From Candidatus Poribacteria bacterium (lineage in GTDB: Bacteria; Poribacteria; WGA-4E; WGA-3G): a stretch of DNA of 64,000 nt. The stretch's first letter is position 1. The number at the start of each line of letters is the position of its first letter. This document shows positions 39,820 to 49,375 of this stretch, piece after piece. The notes under the pieces are model-generated. The model had not been told where the DNA came from and searched no databases. It saw only the letters and a program-made list of their open reading frames with translations. The position numbers were made by a program, and so were the translations under genes. Location: positions 158,706 through 222,705 of the forward strand of contig OZ242325.1 in NCBI GenBank assembly GCA_965208245.1, written 5' to 3'.

Positions 39820-40452
39820 TTATTCTTCTGAATTATTTTTTGGTTGTGTTGGCGGGGGGTCTGTGAACTTTTCACCCCGTTCCTCCGCTTCTCTTCTCCT
39901 GCGGTTCCATTCTTCGATCTCGCGATACACTTCCGCTTTACCAACTGCTATGCCTTCTGCTATGCCTTCTGCTTTGCCTTCTGCTATGCCTTCTGCTATG
40001 CCTTCTGCTTTGCCTTCTGCTTTGCCTTCTGCTTTGCCTTCTGCTTTGCCTTCTGCTATGCCTTCTGCTTTGCCTTCTGCTATGCCTTCTGCTTTGCCTT
40101 CTGCTATGCCTTCTGCTATGCCTTCTGCTTTGCCTTCTGCTTTGGCAATTGCTTCGGCAGCTGCTATCCGCTTCTGACGTCTAGCATCTATAAAGTCTGA
40201 CAATAACATCATTAGATCTATGCCTCCGATTATCATTGCGACGAATGTCGCGTCAACAGGTATAAACGTTGATATGTCTTTTATGACATTTTGAACGGAT
40301 ACATGTCCATTCCAGCCTTGTGTCAATTCATGCTCCAATGCAATATATCCGTATATGAGCGCAAAAAGAGAAATGAGAAATAGTACAACGCCTGTTTTTC
40401 CGGTTCTCCAGAAGTCACGAACGGCTTGCCAGAATGTGCTGTATCTTTTCAA
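39820..40452 (-). CDS. 2-TM membrane protein with ~17 x (K/I)AEG tetrapeptide repeats and conserved ...EWNRRRREAEERGEKFTDPPP tail (family member 2)
   Basis: Two hydrophobic helices, a basic stretch (ARRQKR), a 12-nt repeat tract, then the tail shared with 12241-12600 and 49619-50143. Confidence 0.7.
   Translation of the reverse strand: MKRYSTFWQAVRDFWRTGKTGVVLFLISLFALIYGYIALEHELTQGWNGHVSVQNVIKDISTFIPVDATFVAMIIGGIDLMMLLSDFIDARRQKRIAAAEAIAKAEGKAEGIAEGIAEGKAEGIAEGKAEGIAEGKAEGKAEGKAEGKAEGIAEGIAEGKAEGIAEGIAVGKAEVYREIEEWNRRRREAEERGEKFTDPPPTQPKNNSEE
39945..40145 (-). repeat. In-frame 12-nt tandem repeat (gccttctgct[a/t]t), about 17 units
   Basis: Read directly. Encodes KAEG/IAEG units. Confidence 0.9.
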
Positions 40453-40549
40453 AATGTCCCCCTAACTATTATTAAAATACTATTATTAAAATATACCATT
40501 TGCGTTGTGAAATGTCAATCTAAAAACTGTATTATATCTAAAATACTAA

Positions 40550-43438
40550 CTATTTGAGAATGAGCATTTTTCGTGTTGCAGTGAATTGGTCTGCTTTCAA
40601 GGTGTAGTAATAGATTCCACTTGCTACAGTTTCACCAAGTTGATTTTTTCCATCCCAATAGGCAGCACGACTAAAGTTTTGATAGCTTCCCGCTGTCTGA
40701 TGCCCCAACGTTAGGGTTCGGATCAACTGTCCATCTACTGTGTAAATACGAAGTGTTACATCGGCTGCTTCTGCCAATTGATAGGGTATCCAAGTTTCAG
40801 GATTGAATGGATTCGGATAATTGGGTAGGAGCGTAGTTTTTTGCGGTGTGAATAAGGCAAGCAACTGCTGTAGCACTAATATTCCTCGTTGGAATGTAGG
40901 ATCAGTTAATGTTAATTGTTGTGCTTCGGTTAACCATTTTTCAACTTGTGATTTAGTCAGCGTTGTCTCAAGGTTAGGGATCCGATATGCTGGCGCATCT
41001 GCGGAGTTTGCCATTGCTGCAGCAACCAACGTCAAATCTATGATGTCAACAATACCATCACCGTTAACATCAGCAAAGTTATCACCTTCTTGTGTGAAGT
41101 TTGAAGCGACTAAGGTTAGGTCTTGAATGTTAACCTTTCCATCTCCGTTTATGTCGCCATATTGGAGTGATGGTGCAGTGATCTGTCCATTTTCAACACG
41201 TGCATAATAGACCTGACCGGACTTGTCGGTTAACCGCACGTTGGATATAGTGAGTAGTGAAGCTTTAGGAGCAACGATCACAAAGGTTAGGTTCACAAGG
41301 GTGCCGGAACCTGAACTCTCCTCATTTAGGGAAGTAGCACCAACGGTAATGGTATTGTCTCCAAGAACGGGTGGGACAACAAACGCACCTGATGGCAAAA
41401 AGGTTGAATTTGAACTTTCAAAAAAACGGAGCGCGGTAGGATCATACCTTATAGTTGCTTGATATCCAGCGATATTGACAGCATCTGTAATGTTAAGTGA
41501 AAGTGTAAGGTACCAACCAATTGCAAGAGATTCAGTTACTTGTGGTGAAAAGTTGACTGTTGCATACATGTTGGATGAAGGTGTATAGTTCCATATAAGA
41601 GCAGTCCCATCTGCTCCGCTACTTGCGATAGTGTTACCAGTTGGACTGAATGCAACGCTGAGAACAGTATTTGTATGTCCAGTGAGGGTTTGTAGGTGTT
41701 GTCCAGAAATCGTATCCCATAATCGAACAGTGTTATCACTACTACCACTCGCGAGTGTATCTCCATTATGACTAAATGCAATGCTCCAGATCGAATTTGT
41801 ATGACCTGTGAGTATATCAAGTTCTACACCGAAAAAAGTATCCCATAACCGTACTGTTCCATCTACGCTACCGCTTGCAAGTATATCCCCGTTCGGACTG
41901 AATGCAACACTCCTGACATAATCTTCATGTCCAACAAGTGTTTTTATAGGTACTCCAGTTTCTGCGTTCCATAACTGTACGGTATCGTCTGCGCTTCCGC
42001 TTGCGATTGTTTTTCCATCTGGACTAAATGCTACACTGAGCACGGCACTAGTATGTCCCCGCAATGTGTATAGGTTTTCACCATGGATGGTATCCCATAC
42101 TCGTACTGTTCCATCTTGGCTTCCACTTGCGATAGTGTTCCCGTTTGGACTAAATGCAATACGCCATACCCAATCGGTATGTCCTGTGTATGTTCTGATG
42201 TGTTCACCGGTAGCGGCATCCCATAGTTTGACAGTTCCATCATCACTGCTGCTTGCGATTCTTGTTCCATCCGGACTGAATTCGATGCTCCATACCCAAT
42301 CGGTATGTCCTATCAATGTCTGCTGTAGTTCCCCTGTTGATGTATTCCAAAGGCTGATATTGTTGTCTGAACCGCCTATTGCTACCACGTTGCTGTCAGT
42401 CGTATTATAGGCAATTCCTAACATATAGTCATTGTATCCGGTAATAGTTTGTCTTTGTCTCCCGAACACAGCATCCCAGAGTCGAACAGTTCCATCGGCA
42501 CTTGCACTTGCAATAGTTCCCCCGCTCGCGTTGAATGCGACACTTCGTACAGCATTTGTGTGTCCTGTTAGTAATTGCTGAGGTCGTCCCGAAACAGCAT
42601 CCCACAATAGTATGGTGCCATCGGCACTTCCGCTAGCAATTGTATCTCCACTTGGACTATAGGTAACGCTTAACACAGCCCCTTGATGGTCTGGAAGTGT
42701 CTGTGTTAGTGTGCCGAATGCGGTGAACCATAGCCTAATTGTACCATCTCTACTTGCGCTTGCAAGTCTTCCTTCATTTGGACTGAAAGCGACACTGTAG
42801 ACAGCATCTTCATGTTCTCTCAGGATATGTAATTGTTCTCCAGTAGCGGTATCCCATAGTTGTACTGATGTATCTAAGCTGCAGCTCGCAAGTGTTGCAC
42901 CTGTTGCACTAAAAGCAACACTTGTTACAGTATCAAAATGTCCATCAAGTGTTCGCAAATGATCATTTGTAAACATATCCCATAACCTGATTGATCCATC
43001 TGCACTACCACTTGCCAGCAATTGTCCATTTCTGCTGAAGGTAACGGTTGTAGCAGCATCTGTATGTCCAGTAAGTGTATCTTGCAATTCTCCTGTTGAA
43101 GTATTCCAAAGATGTATAGACCCATCTCCATTAGCACTTGCAAGTGTTTGTCCATTAGGACTAAACGCAGCACCGAAGACATTCTGTGTGTCTTTAGTGA
43201 ATAGAGCCGCTTCTTCATAGGTTTGTGTGTTATAGAGCCATACCCCGATAGAACTTACGACTGCCATCATTGATCCATCGGTTGAATATTTTACTTCAAT
43301 GAGTCTGCCTTTGCCGATTCGTGTAAGTGCGTTAATTGGTAGGTTGAATTGTGTAGAAGTTTGAGAAAATGTGTCGTGAAGGAAAAGTGTCGTGAGAAAA
43401 ATAAAGGTTAAAAATACAATTGAAAGATGCTTTTTCAT
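40550..43438 (-). CDS. Secreted WD40-repeat protein (~14 blades) + cohesin-like domain + dockerin repeats + T9SS/FlgD-Ig-type C-terminal domain
   Basis: Has a signal peptide and 14 GH...SVAFSP.G..LASGS.DGT.RLWD units. Has the cohesin-like segment NIAGYQATIRYDPTALRF and dockerin GDINGDGKVNIQDL...DVNGDGIVDIIDL. C-terminal LLPNYPNPFNPETWIPY...YWDGKN. Confidence 0.85.
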   Translation of the reverse strand: MKKHLSIVFLTFIFLTTLFLHDTFSQTSTQFNLPINALTRIGKGRLIEVKYSTDGSMMAVVSSIGVWLYNTQTYEEAALFTKDTQNVFGAAFSPNGQTLASANGDGSIHLWNTSTGELQDTLTGHTDAATTVTFSRNGQLLASGSADGSIRLWDMFTNDHLRTLDGHFDTVTSVAFSATGATLASCSLDTSVQLWDTATGEQLHILREHEDAVYSVAFSPNEGRLASASRDGTIRLWFTAFGTLTQTLPDHQGAVLSVTYSPSGDTIASGSADGTILLWDAVSGRPQQLLTGHTNAVRSVAFNASGGTIASASADGTVRLWDAVFGRQRQTITGYNDYMLGIAYNTTDSNVVAIGGSDNNISLWNTSTGELQQTLIGHTDWVWSIEFSPDGTRIASSSDDGTVKLWDAATGEHIRTYTGHTDWVWRIAFSPNGNTIASGSQDGTVRVWDTIHGENLYTLRGHTSAVLSVAFSPDGKTIASGSADDTVQLWNAETGVPIKTLVGHEDYVRSVAFSPNGDILASGSVDGTVRLWDTFFGVELDILTGHTNSIWSIAFSHNGDTLASGSSDNTVRLWDTISGQHLQTLTGHTNTVLSVAFSPTGNTIASSGADGTALIWNYTPSSNMYATVNFSPQVTESLAIGWYLTLSLNITDAVNIAGYQATIRYDPTALRFFESSNSTFLPSGAFVVPPVLGDNTITVGATSLNEESSGSGTLVNLTFVIVAPKASLLTISNVRLTDKSGQVYYARVENGQITAPSLQYGDINGDGKVNIQDLTLVASNFTQEGDNFADVNGDGIVDIIDLTLVAAAMANSADAPAYRIPNLETTLTKSQVEKWLTEAQQLTLTDPTFQRGILVLQQLLALFTPQKTTLLPNYPNPFNPETWIPYQLAEAADVTLRIYTVDGQLIRTLTLGHQTAGSYQNFSRAAYWDGKNQLGETVASGIYYYTLKADQFTATRKMLILK

Positions 43439-43625
43439 TACAGAGATGCTCCTTGCTATTTCATTTGCTAATATTTTTAGTGGAAAATAGAATTGATGTA
43501 TTCTATTAATAGTGTATCACAAGAATAGTGGTAATGTCAAAATTGTCAAGCATTTTATATTCACTTGACAAATCTGATAGAATATGGAATTATAGTATCA
43601 TATCATTATGAGATGTTTTGTTTAG

Positions 43626-44510
43626 ATGAATATACCGAACTACTATCAAATATTAGAGTTAGGACCCGATGCAACTGCCTTAGAAATAAAATATGCGTTC
43701 AGGAAACTCGCGAAACGTTATCATCCTGATAAACTTGATATCGGTTCCGAACCCGATCAGATTGCTGATGCTAAGCGGATGTTCCGAGAAGTATGCAGTG
43801 CTTACGATGTGTTACAGGACAAAAAACGCAAATCTGATTATGACCGTAGATTACAATATATAGAACGGCAGACTAATCCAAATCGTTCGTTCTATGATAA
43901 GTTCAATAACGTTAGCCAGGATTATGCAAAGTTAGAATTGTTATTTCAATCGCTTCTACATCAGAACTACGAAATAGGTATATCCATGTATGAACAGTTG
44001 TGCAGTAATTGTGAGAAGAAGGGAGGTGAATGGTGTATTGACGATTTTTTCAACTATGAAGATAGCAGAGATTGTGAGTTTCTCATCGCGGAGGCGTATC
44101 AGAAACTCGGTTTTGCCCATGGGAATTCTTCTGTTGCTGAACGGTATCGTAAAATTGAAAGAGCAATGCAAATTTATGAATCCTTGCTGTCCGCTGAGAG
44201 GAGACATCCCTGTTTTAAGCATTTTATTAGGGAGGTGAAAGATCGTCTTAAGAGAATCTATCTATTTCATTTTAGTACTGAGGGGTACCAAAAATCATCA
44301 AGAATACCTTTGTCAAAAATCAGTGCTTTAGAGTTACCGAAACGTGAAACTGCTTGGATGTATAAAAAGATCGCAGAGTTCTACGTTGAAATCGAGTTGT
44401 ATCCCAAAGCACGCAAAGTATTGTTGATGGCGTTTGAACTGCAACCGAAACTTGTTGGTGCAAAAAAAATATGTAGGATTTTGAATATCGGGAATCAGCA
44501 GATGTCGTAA
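43626..44510 (+). CDS. J-domain protein with helical/TPR-like C-terminal region
   Basis: Has NYYQILELGPDATALEIKYAFRKLAKRYHPDK. Confidence 0.8.
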   Translation: MNIPNYYQILELGPDATALEIKYAFRKLAKRYHPDKLDIGSEPDQIADAKRMFREVCSAYDVLQDKKRKSDYDRRLQYIERQTNPNRSFYDKFNNVSQDYAKLELLFQSLLHQNYEIGISMYEQLCSNCEKKGGEWCIDDFFNYEDSRDCEFLIAEAYQKLGFAHGNSSVAERYRKIERAMQIYESLLSAERRHPCFKHFIREVKDRLKRIYLFHFSTEGYQKSSRIPLSKISALELPKRETAWMYKKIAEFYVEIELYPKARKVLLMAFELQPKLVGAKKICRILNIGNQQMS

Positions 44511-44605
44511 CAGATAAATACTACATGTTTTTTCTTGACAAATAAATGTGTTTTTTTTAGAATGAGTTTGTTCGTAAAATGACATGTCAGTCCCCCATAC
44601 AAAAT

Positions 44606-44791
44606 TATAGTAAAGTTAATGATTAATGAGACGTTTCACTGTTTACCAAGACACCTAGCGTAGGGGCGAGGTCACCTCGCCCGTTGTGGCGCGGTGTAGG
44701 GGCGAGGTCACCTCGCCCGTTGTGGCGCGGTGTAGGGGCGAGGTCACCTCGCCCGTTGTGGCGTGTCTCATTAATTCTATAGTTTACTATA
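44606..44791 (+). mobile_element. MITE/REP element with terminal inverted repeats (attaatgagac / gtctcattaat) and three tandem 36-bp palindromic cores
   Basis: Cores (gtaggggcgaggtcacctcgcccgttgtggcgcggt) lie at 44660-44695, 44696-44731 and 44732-~44764. The outer flanks (tatagtaaag...tttactata) are also inverted. Confidence 0.75.
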
Positions 44792-45194
44792 AGTTGATCC
44801 CAATTGGTATTAAGGGCTGACCACAGAATAAGACCTATTGGTCAATTAATGATTATTGAAACCTGATAATACCGAAGTCTTTTGCATTCCACCAATACCG
44901 ATACGGAGACGTGAACTCCACCGACAAAATCCACAGAAGGGTGGAAAGCGTCCACGGTATGGTGGCACAATGTGTTTGAGGATTGTCAAGAATACACCTA
45001 TGAAAAACGTCAAACACGGATTGCTACGCGTGACACGGTATGATACAAAAGACGGACTCAATCTCAGTGAAATTTTTAGTAGCAAACGAGTTGTAAGAGG
45101 TGCAAAGGGTGAGGATCATTTCCAGAATTTTACCGCTGTGTCAAATCCATTTCCGTTATCAGAATAGTGGTGATCCTATATTGGAAACGTAAGA

Positions 45195-46328
45195 ATGCAG
45201 AGTCACATTTACGATGTAATCGTTATTGGCGCAGGTGGTATGGGGAGCGCATCTGCCTATCACATCGCTAAAACTAATGCTGATGTTCTAGTGTTAGAAC
45301 AGTTTCAACATGGACATAAATTCGGAAGCTCACACGGTGAGACACGCATCATTCGCTTCTTCTATGATAAACCCTACTATGTAGAATTGATGAAAACTGC
45401 TTATAGTGAATGGAGGAAACTTGAATCCGCTTCTAAGAAACAACTGTTGTTCACTACTGGAAGTGTCAATCTAGGTGCCAATTTAAGTGAAAATGGCAAC
45501 CCTTATCTACAGTCTATTAAGAAAAGATTAGACGCTGCGGGGGTAGCATGTGAGTGGTGGGAACAGACACAATTGTCAGAACGTTTCCCGCAATTTAACG
45601 CCTCTGACGATATCAATATACTCTGGCAGAAAGATACCGGTTTTCTGTATGCCTCCGAATGTGTCTTAACACATCTGCAATCGGCTGAACAGCACGGTGC
45701 AACGGTCTTAGAAAATACACGTGCCAATCATATTGATTGGCAAAAGGGGTTTCCTATTGTCTACACTAAAGGAAAGCAATTTCAAGGTAGAAAAATCGTA
45801 TTGACTGCGGGGGCATGGACCTCTGATCTGCTTAAAGAACTCAACTTAACCCTCTCTGTGACGAAGCAACAAGTCTGTTATTATAGACCTACTGATACCG
45901 CGCTGTTCCAACCGAACCAATTTCCTGTTTTCACTGAGATTACAAAAAGGGGTGAGTTTCTTTACGGTATACCATGTTTTGGAAAAAACGGTGTCAAGGT
46001 TGCACGACACGGATCGGACACTAACGTATTACCTGATACATGTGATCGCACACCTGATGCTGACTATATCCAGCGGATAGATGGTTACGTCACTGAACGC
46101 CTCCCCTCACTCGGTAAAACCGTTTCCGCAGAAGTGTGCCTTTACACCGAAACCCCTGACGAAGACTTCATTATTGACACTCACCCAGAATGTCATAATC
46201 TACTGATAGCTGCCGGTTTTTCTGGCCACGGCTTTAAGTTCTGTTCTCTCGTTGGACGGATTATGAGCGAGTTAGTATCAAGAGAAGAGACAGATTTTGA
46301 CATCAGTCCATTTCGTATAAACAGATAA
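45195..46328 (+). CDS. solA: N-methyl-L-tryptophan oxidase / monomeric sarcosine oxidase family flavoprotein
   Basis: Has YDVIVIGAGGMGSASAY, GSSHGETRIIR, CLYTETPDEDFIID (covalent-FAD Cys position) and GFSGHGFKF. Confidence 0.8.
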   Translation: MQSHIYDVIVIGAGGMGSASAYHIAKTNADVLVLEQFQHGHKFGSSHGETRIIRFFYDKPYYVELMKTAYSEWRKLESASKKQLLFTTGSVNLGANLSENGNPYLQSIKKRLDAAGVACEWWEQTQLSERFPQFNASDDINILWQKDTGFLYASECVLTHLQSAEQHGATVLENTRANHIDWQKGFPIVYTKGKQFQGRKIVLTAGAWTSDLLKELNLTLSVTKQQVCYYRPTDTALFQPNQFPVFTEITKRGEFLYGIPCFGKNGVKVARHGSDTNVLPDTCDRTPDADYIQRIDGYVTERLPSLGKTVSAEVCLYTETPDEDFIIDTHPECHNLLIAAGFSGHGFKFCSLVGRIMSELVSREETDFDISPFRINR

Positions 46329-46395
46329 CAGACAGACAATGAATTTCCCTACTACGAACCACCCATTTGTAGTAGGAAAATTCATTGCACGTCAA

Positions 46396-46908
46396 TTAAA
46401 TCCCCATTCTGAGTGCAACTGCAGCCAATATTATTAACAATGAGACTACACCCATTGCACTCGAAACAATAGCCATCTGTTTGCGAAGCGAATTAACGTT
46501 TGCTGGTAGTTTTTCTGTTTCTGGAGATAAATCTTCCATTGCTTTGGACAATTTCGGACCGTAGAAAAAACTGTGGAGTCCAGTTAGAATGATTAAGGTG
46601 AAGAACAGCAACAGTTTAATCACCAACGTTCGCATAAAGGTACCTACAAGTAGAGAATCGTTAGTAGAGAATAGATCCACAGAATTGAATATATTGACTA
46701 TTCCAGTGAAAAACAGAATGAGAACACATAACCATACGATTGGTTCAAACCGTTTACCTATCAGTGTCAATATCTGTATGCATTGAACGGGGAGTAAGTT
46801 CTGTCTGAAATGTGGCACTATTACCATTGCTAAAATCAGGTTACCACCTATCCATACCACAGCGGCGATAACATGTATCCATCGAATAAATAACCAAAAT
46901 ATATCCAT
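46396..46908 (-). CDS. Integral membrane protein (CopD/DUF2269-like, 4-5 TM)
   Basis: Hydrophobic throughout. The N-terminus (IRWIHVIAAVVWIGGNL) resembles CopD-type proteins. Weak call. Confidence 0.35.
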   Translation of the reverse strand: MDIFWLFIRWIHVIAAVVWIGGNLILAMVIVPHFRQNLLPVQCIQILTLIGKRFEPIVWLCVLILFFTGIVNIFNSVDLFSTNDSLLVGTFMRTLVIKLLLFFTLIILTGLHSFFYGPKLSKAMEDLSPETEKLPANVNSLRKQMAIVSSAMGVVSLLIILAAVALRMGI

Positions 46909-46934
46909 ATAGGGTGTCCCTTCTTAACAAAAAA

Positions 46935-48719
46935 TCAGGTGCTTTCAATTGTGTTAATGACTGTTTCTACTCGTGAGATTAATGATGTTCGTTCATCCTC
47001 AGTAAGTGGCACAGGTGCAAATCTGTGATAATTGCATTTCGTAACGATATCTAATATTTCCTTCTGATCAGTCTCTGATATCCCTATCTGTTTACCTATA
47101 TCTTGAACGTTTTGCGGTGTCAATTGCTGTAAAACCGTTTCCTGTCGATCATCTGGATTCCGGTCAGATAGATATCGATGAATGATTCCTGTGAGTGACT
47201 CTACAAAGGAACTCGGGTCTATTGCCGTTTCATCAGTATCCAAGAATTGCAGGGATGAAATTGCTCGGACAGATGGGGCCATCGATACCTCGAACAGACT
47301 TTGGTCGTTTCCTGAATTTGTCCAAAAACGATAGATCTGAAAACGATAGAATAGATACCCACCTACTACTAAAACTAATATAGGAATGCTAAGAAGTAAC
47401 CATAGTACCCGATGTAAGGAATCAGATTCAGTACCAACCGTTCCATTCGGGTTCGGTGTTACAGTTAACGAAATTGGAGCTGTTTTTGATGTCTGATATA
47501 TCTCTTGGGTTGGGTTAAAGTAAGAGAATTCGATTCCGGGTAACTGCAATATGCCTGATTTTAGTGGAATTATCACGTATCGATAAATTCGTGTATTAGC
47601 ACTGTTACGCTGTGCAAGGATTGGTGTGTCTGTTCTAAAACCGCTCACCGGTGAAATCTTGGGTGCCGTTACCGTGTTGATATTTCCAGTTCCTGTACCA
47701 GTTCCTGTAATTGTGACAAACAGTGTCAGTGCCTTACGAACTTCAAACCTTCGTCTATCAACCGATGCACTTATATCATATTCACCGATAGCACCATCAA
47801 AATTAGCGGGTTTTCCTATTTCTGGTAAGGTTTGAACGTTGAGCACAACCGGCTTTGTTTTTAGTGTCTTAGGATTTCCTTTGATGGGTAGTTTTAACTG
47901 TACCGGTGGAATAAGGATTTTACCAATCTTTTGTGGATACAGACGTCTCACGTATTCATCTACATGATATGTTCTTCCATTTATCCGTGTCGTTGTTGAT
48001 GCATTCTCGGGCAGTTTTTCTACTACGAAACCTGAAAGTGTAGGAAGTACATAAGAGGGCGATTCGCTTGTAGGTAAAACTGTTGTATATAAGTAACGGA
48101 ATTGATATTCAATTGCCTGATTCAGATACGGTTTGCTGTTGCTGACGGTGGCTTCTACTTTGTGTATACCGTCTGTTGCGGTATCTATGTAACTATCAAC
48201 AGAACCTACTGTAATTATACCCGGATTTGCATTATAGGGAATACCTTGATATGAGAAACGCACGTTGGAAAGTGCAATTTGACCTGTTTTCTGCGGTATA
48301 AGTTCATAGACCCATGCCATAGATACTGTAAGTCTATTATCAACTAAATAGGGTGTCGTTTTCGAATGCAACGGAACGGCGAGAAAGTTCGGTAAAAAGT
48401 TGAATGACGGAGTCCCGATATGCTTCAGCAACGTATTACCTGATATTTTGAGCTCTAACGTTGCTCTTTCATTCAGTTGGATATGTCGTGGTGTAACAGA
48501 TGCTTCAACTTTGACATTATTGCTTTGGACATCTGTTGTGAAAACTATCAACAGCACCAGGCAGATCCAAATAGTCGGGAATCGGAGTTCCCTCTTACAA
48601 AGAAATCCGTTCTGTAGGAGCGATCTCCGAATCGCAACCTTTGCCAGCAAAATTAAAACGGATACTCTAATGGGAATATTAAAACTACCAATCTTTATCA
48701 CGTCTATATCCGCTATCAA
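46935..48719 (-). CDS. BatD-like (aerotolerance-operon type) membrane-anchored protein
   Basis: Has a signal/TM, a long beta-rich ectodomain, a late TM helix (VLWLLLSIPILVLVVGGYLFY) and a cytoplasmic tail. It follows a BatC-like TPR gene. The start codon is uncertain. Confidence 0.45.
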   Translation of the reverse strand: MIADIDVIKIGSFNIPIRVSVLILLAKVAIRRSLLQNGFLCKRELRFPTIWICLVLLIVFTTDVQSNNVKVEASVTPRHIQLNERATLELKISGNTLLKHIGTPSFNFLPNFLAVPLHSKTTPYLVDNRLTVSMAWVYELIPQKTGQIALSNVRFSYQGIPYNANPGIITVGSVDSYIDTATDGIHKVEATVSNSKPYLNQAIEYQFRYLYTTVLPTSESPSYVLPTLSGFVVEKLPENASTTTRINGRTYHVDEYVRRLYPQKIGKILIPPVQLKLPIKGNPKTLKTKPVVLNVQTLPEIGKPANFDGAIGEYDISASVDRRRFEVRKALTLFVTITGTGTGTGNINTVTAPKISPVSGFRTDTPILAQRNSANTRIYRYVIIPLKSGILQLPGIEFSYFNPTQEIYQTSKTAPISLTVTPNPNGTVGTESDSLHRVLWLLLSIPILVLVVGGYLFYRFQIYRFWTNSGNDQSLFEVSMAPSVRAISSLQFLDTDETAIDPSSFVESLTGIIHRYLSDRNPDDRQETVLQQLTPQNVQDIGKQIGISETDQKEILDIVTKCNYHRFAPVPLTEDERTSLISRVETVINTIEST

Positions 48720-49308
48720 GGTTCTGTTTCAGTATCATTTGTCGACGTTGGTCTTCATTCTTAGTCAACTGTTCAAGGAGTTGGTCTGTTTCCGCTTTGG
48801 AAAGGTTGGTCGGATTACTTTCTGCTTCTTCCGCCTTCTCTCCACTCGCTTTCTGCTGTTGTGTCATGTGTAGTTGTTGTTTAAGAAACTGTCGTGCTAA
48901 TGTCAGGTTATGTTTTGCATCAGAATCATGAGGGTTTAAGTGCAAGGCGTTCTCATAAGACTTTATCGCTGCAGTATAATCTCTCAATTGAAATTGTGCA
49001 TTACCCAAATTATAATGGACATCTGCTGAATTGTGAATGTCTCCCTTTAGGAGAGATGTTTGGAAAGCATCGGATGCTTTTCTAAAGTTGCCTATTTTAT
49101 AGTATGCAGTCCCGAGATTATGATAGGTAATTGGGTTATCAGGTTTGTCGGATACAGCAGTTTGATAAGCATTTACTGCTGTATCATATTCTTGTTTCCA
49201 ATATGCATCGTTTCCCGCTCTGATAGATTGTTTCCAACTTCCGATCCATCCAACAAGGCACATAAACAAGAGTATAGAGCATAAGCAAAGCAATCTCCTA
49301 TTGAGCAT
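48685..49308 (-). CDS. TPR-repeat protein (BatC-like)
   Basis: Has a signal anchor, 3-4 TPR units (AYYKIGNFRKASDAF..., YNLGNAQFQLRDYTAAIKSYENAL) and an acidic C-terminal tail. Confidence 0.55.
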   Translation of the reverse strand: MLNRRLLCLCSILLFMCLVGWIGSWKQSIRAGNDAYWKQEYDTAVNAYQTAVSDKPDNPITYHNLGTAYYKIGNFRKASDAFQTSLLKGDIHNSADVHYNLGNAQFQLRDYTAAIKSYENALHLNPHDSDAKHNLTLARQFLKQQLHMTQQQKASGEKAEEAESNPTNLSKAETDQLLEQLTKNEDQRRQMILKQNLDSGYRRDKDW

Positions 49309-49375
49309 ATTTAATTTATTGTTGTGATTCCTACAGACATGTCAATTATTAGAAGTCTGTTTAAACGAAGTATAT

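Noticed and set aside
39844-40200. Plus-strand ORFs across the 12-nt repeat (CYAFCFAF..., AMPSALPS...)
   Set aside because: They are repeat-generated open frames antisense to a gene with clear TM and conserved-tail features.
44660-44764. Three tandem 36-bp palindromic units that could be mistaken for a mini CRISPR array
   Set aside because: The units are directly adjacent with no spacers. They lie inside a TIR-bounded MITE, and the same core occurs singly elsewhere. No cas genes are in the window.
44800-45194. Mutually overlapping ORFs 44856-45167 (+) and 44846-45085 (-) between the MITE and solA
   Set aside because: No recognisable motif in any frame and no RBS. The region may be a relic or a 5' leader. 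It remains unassigned rather than called.
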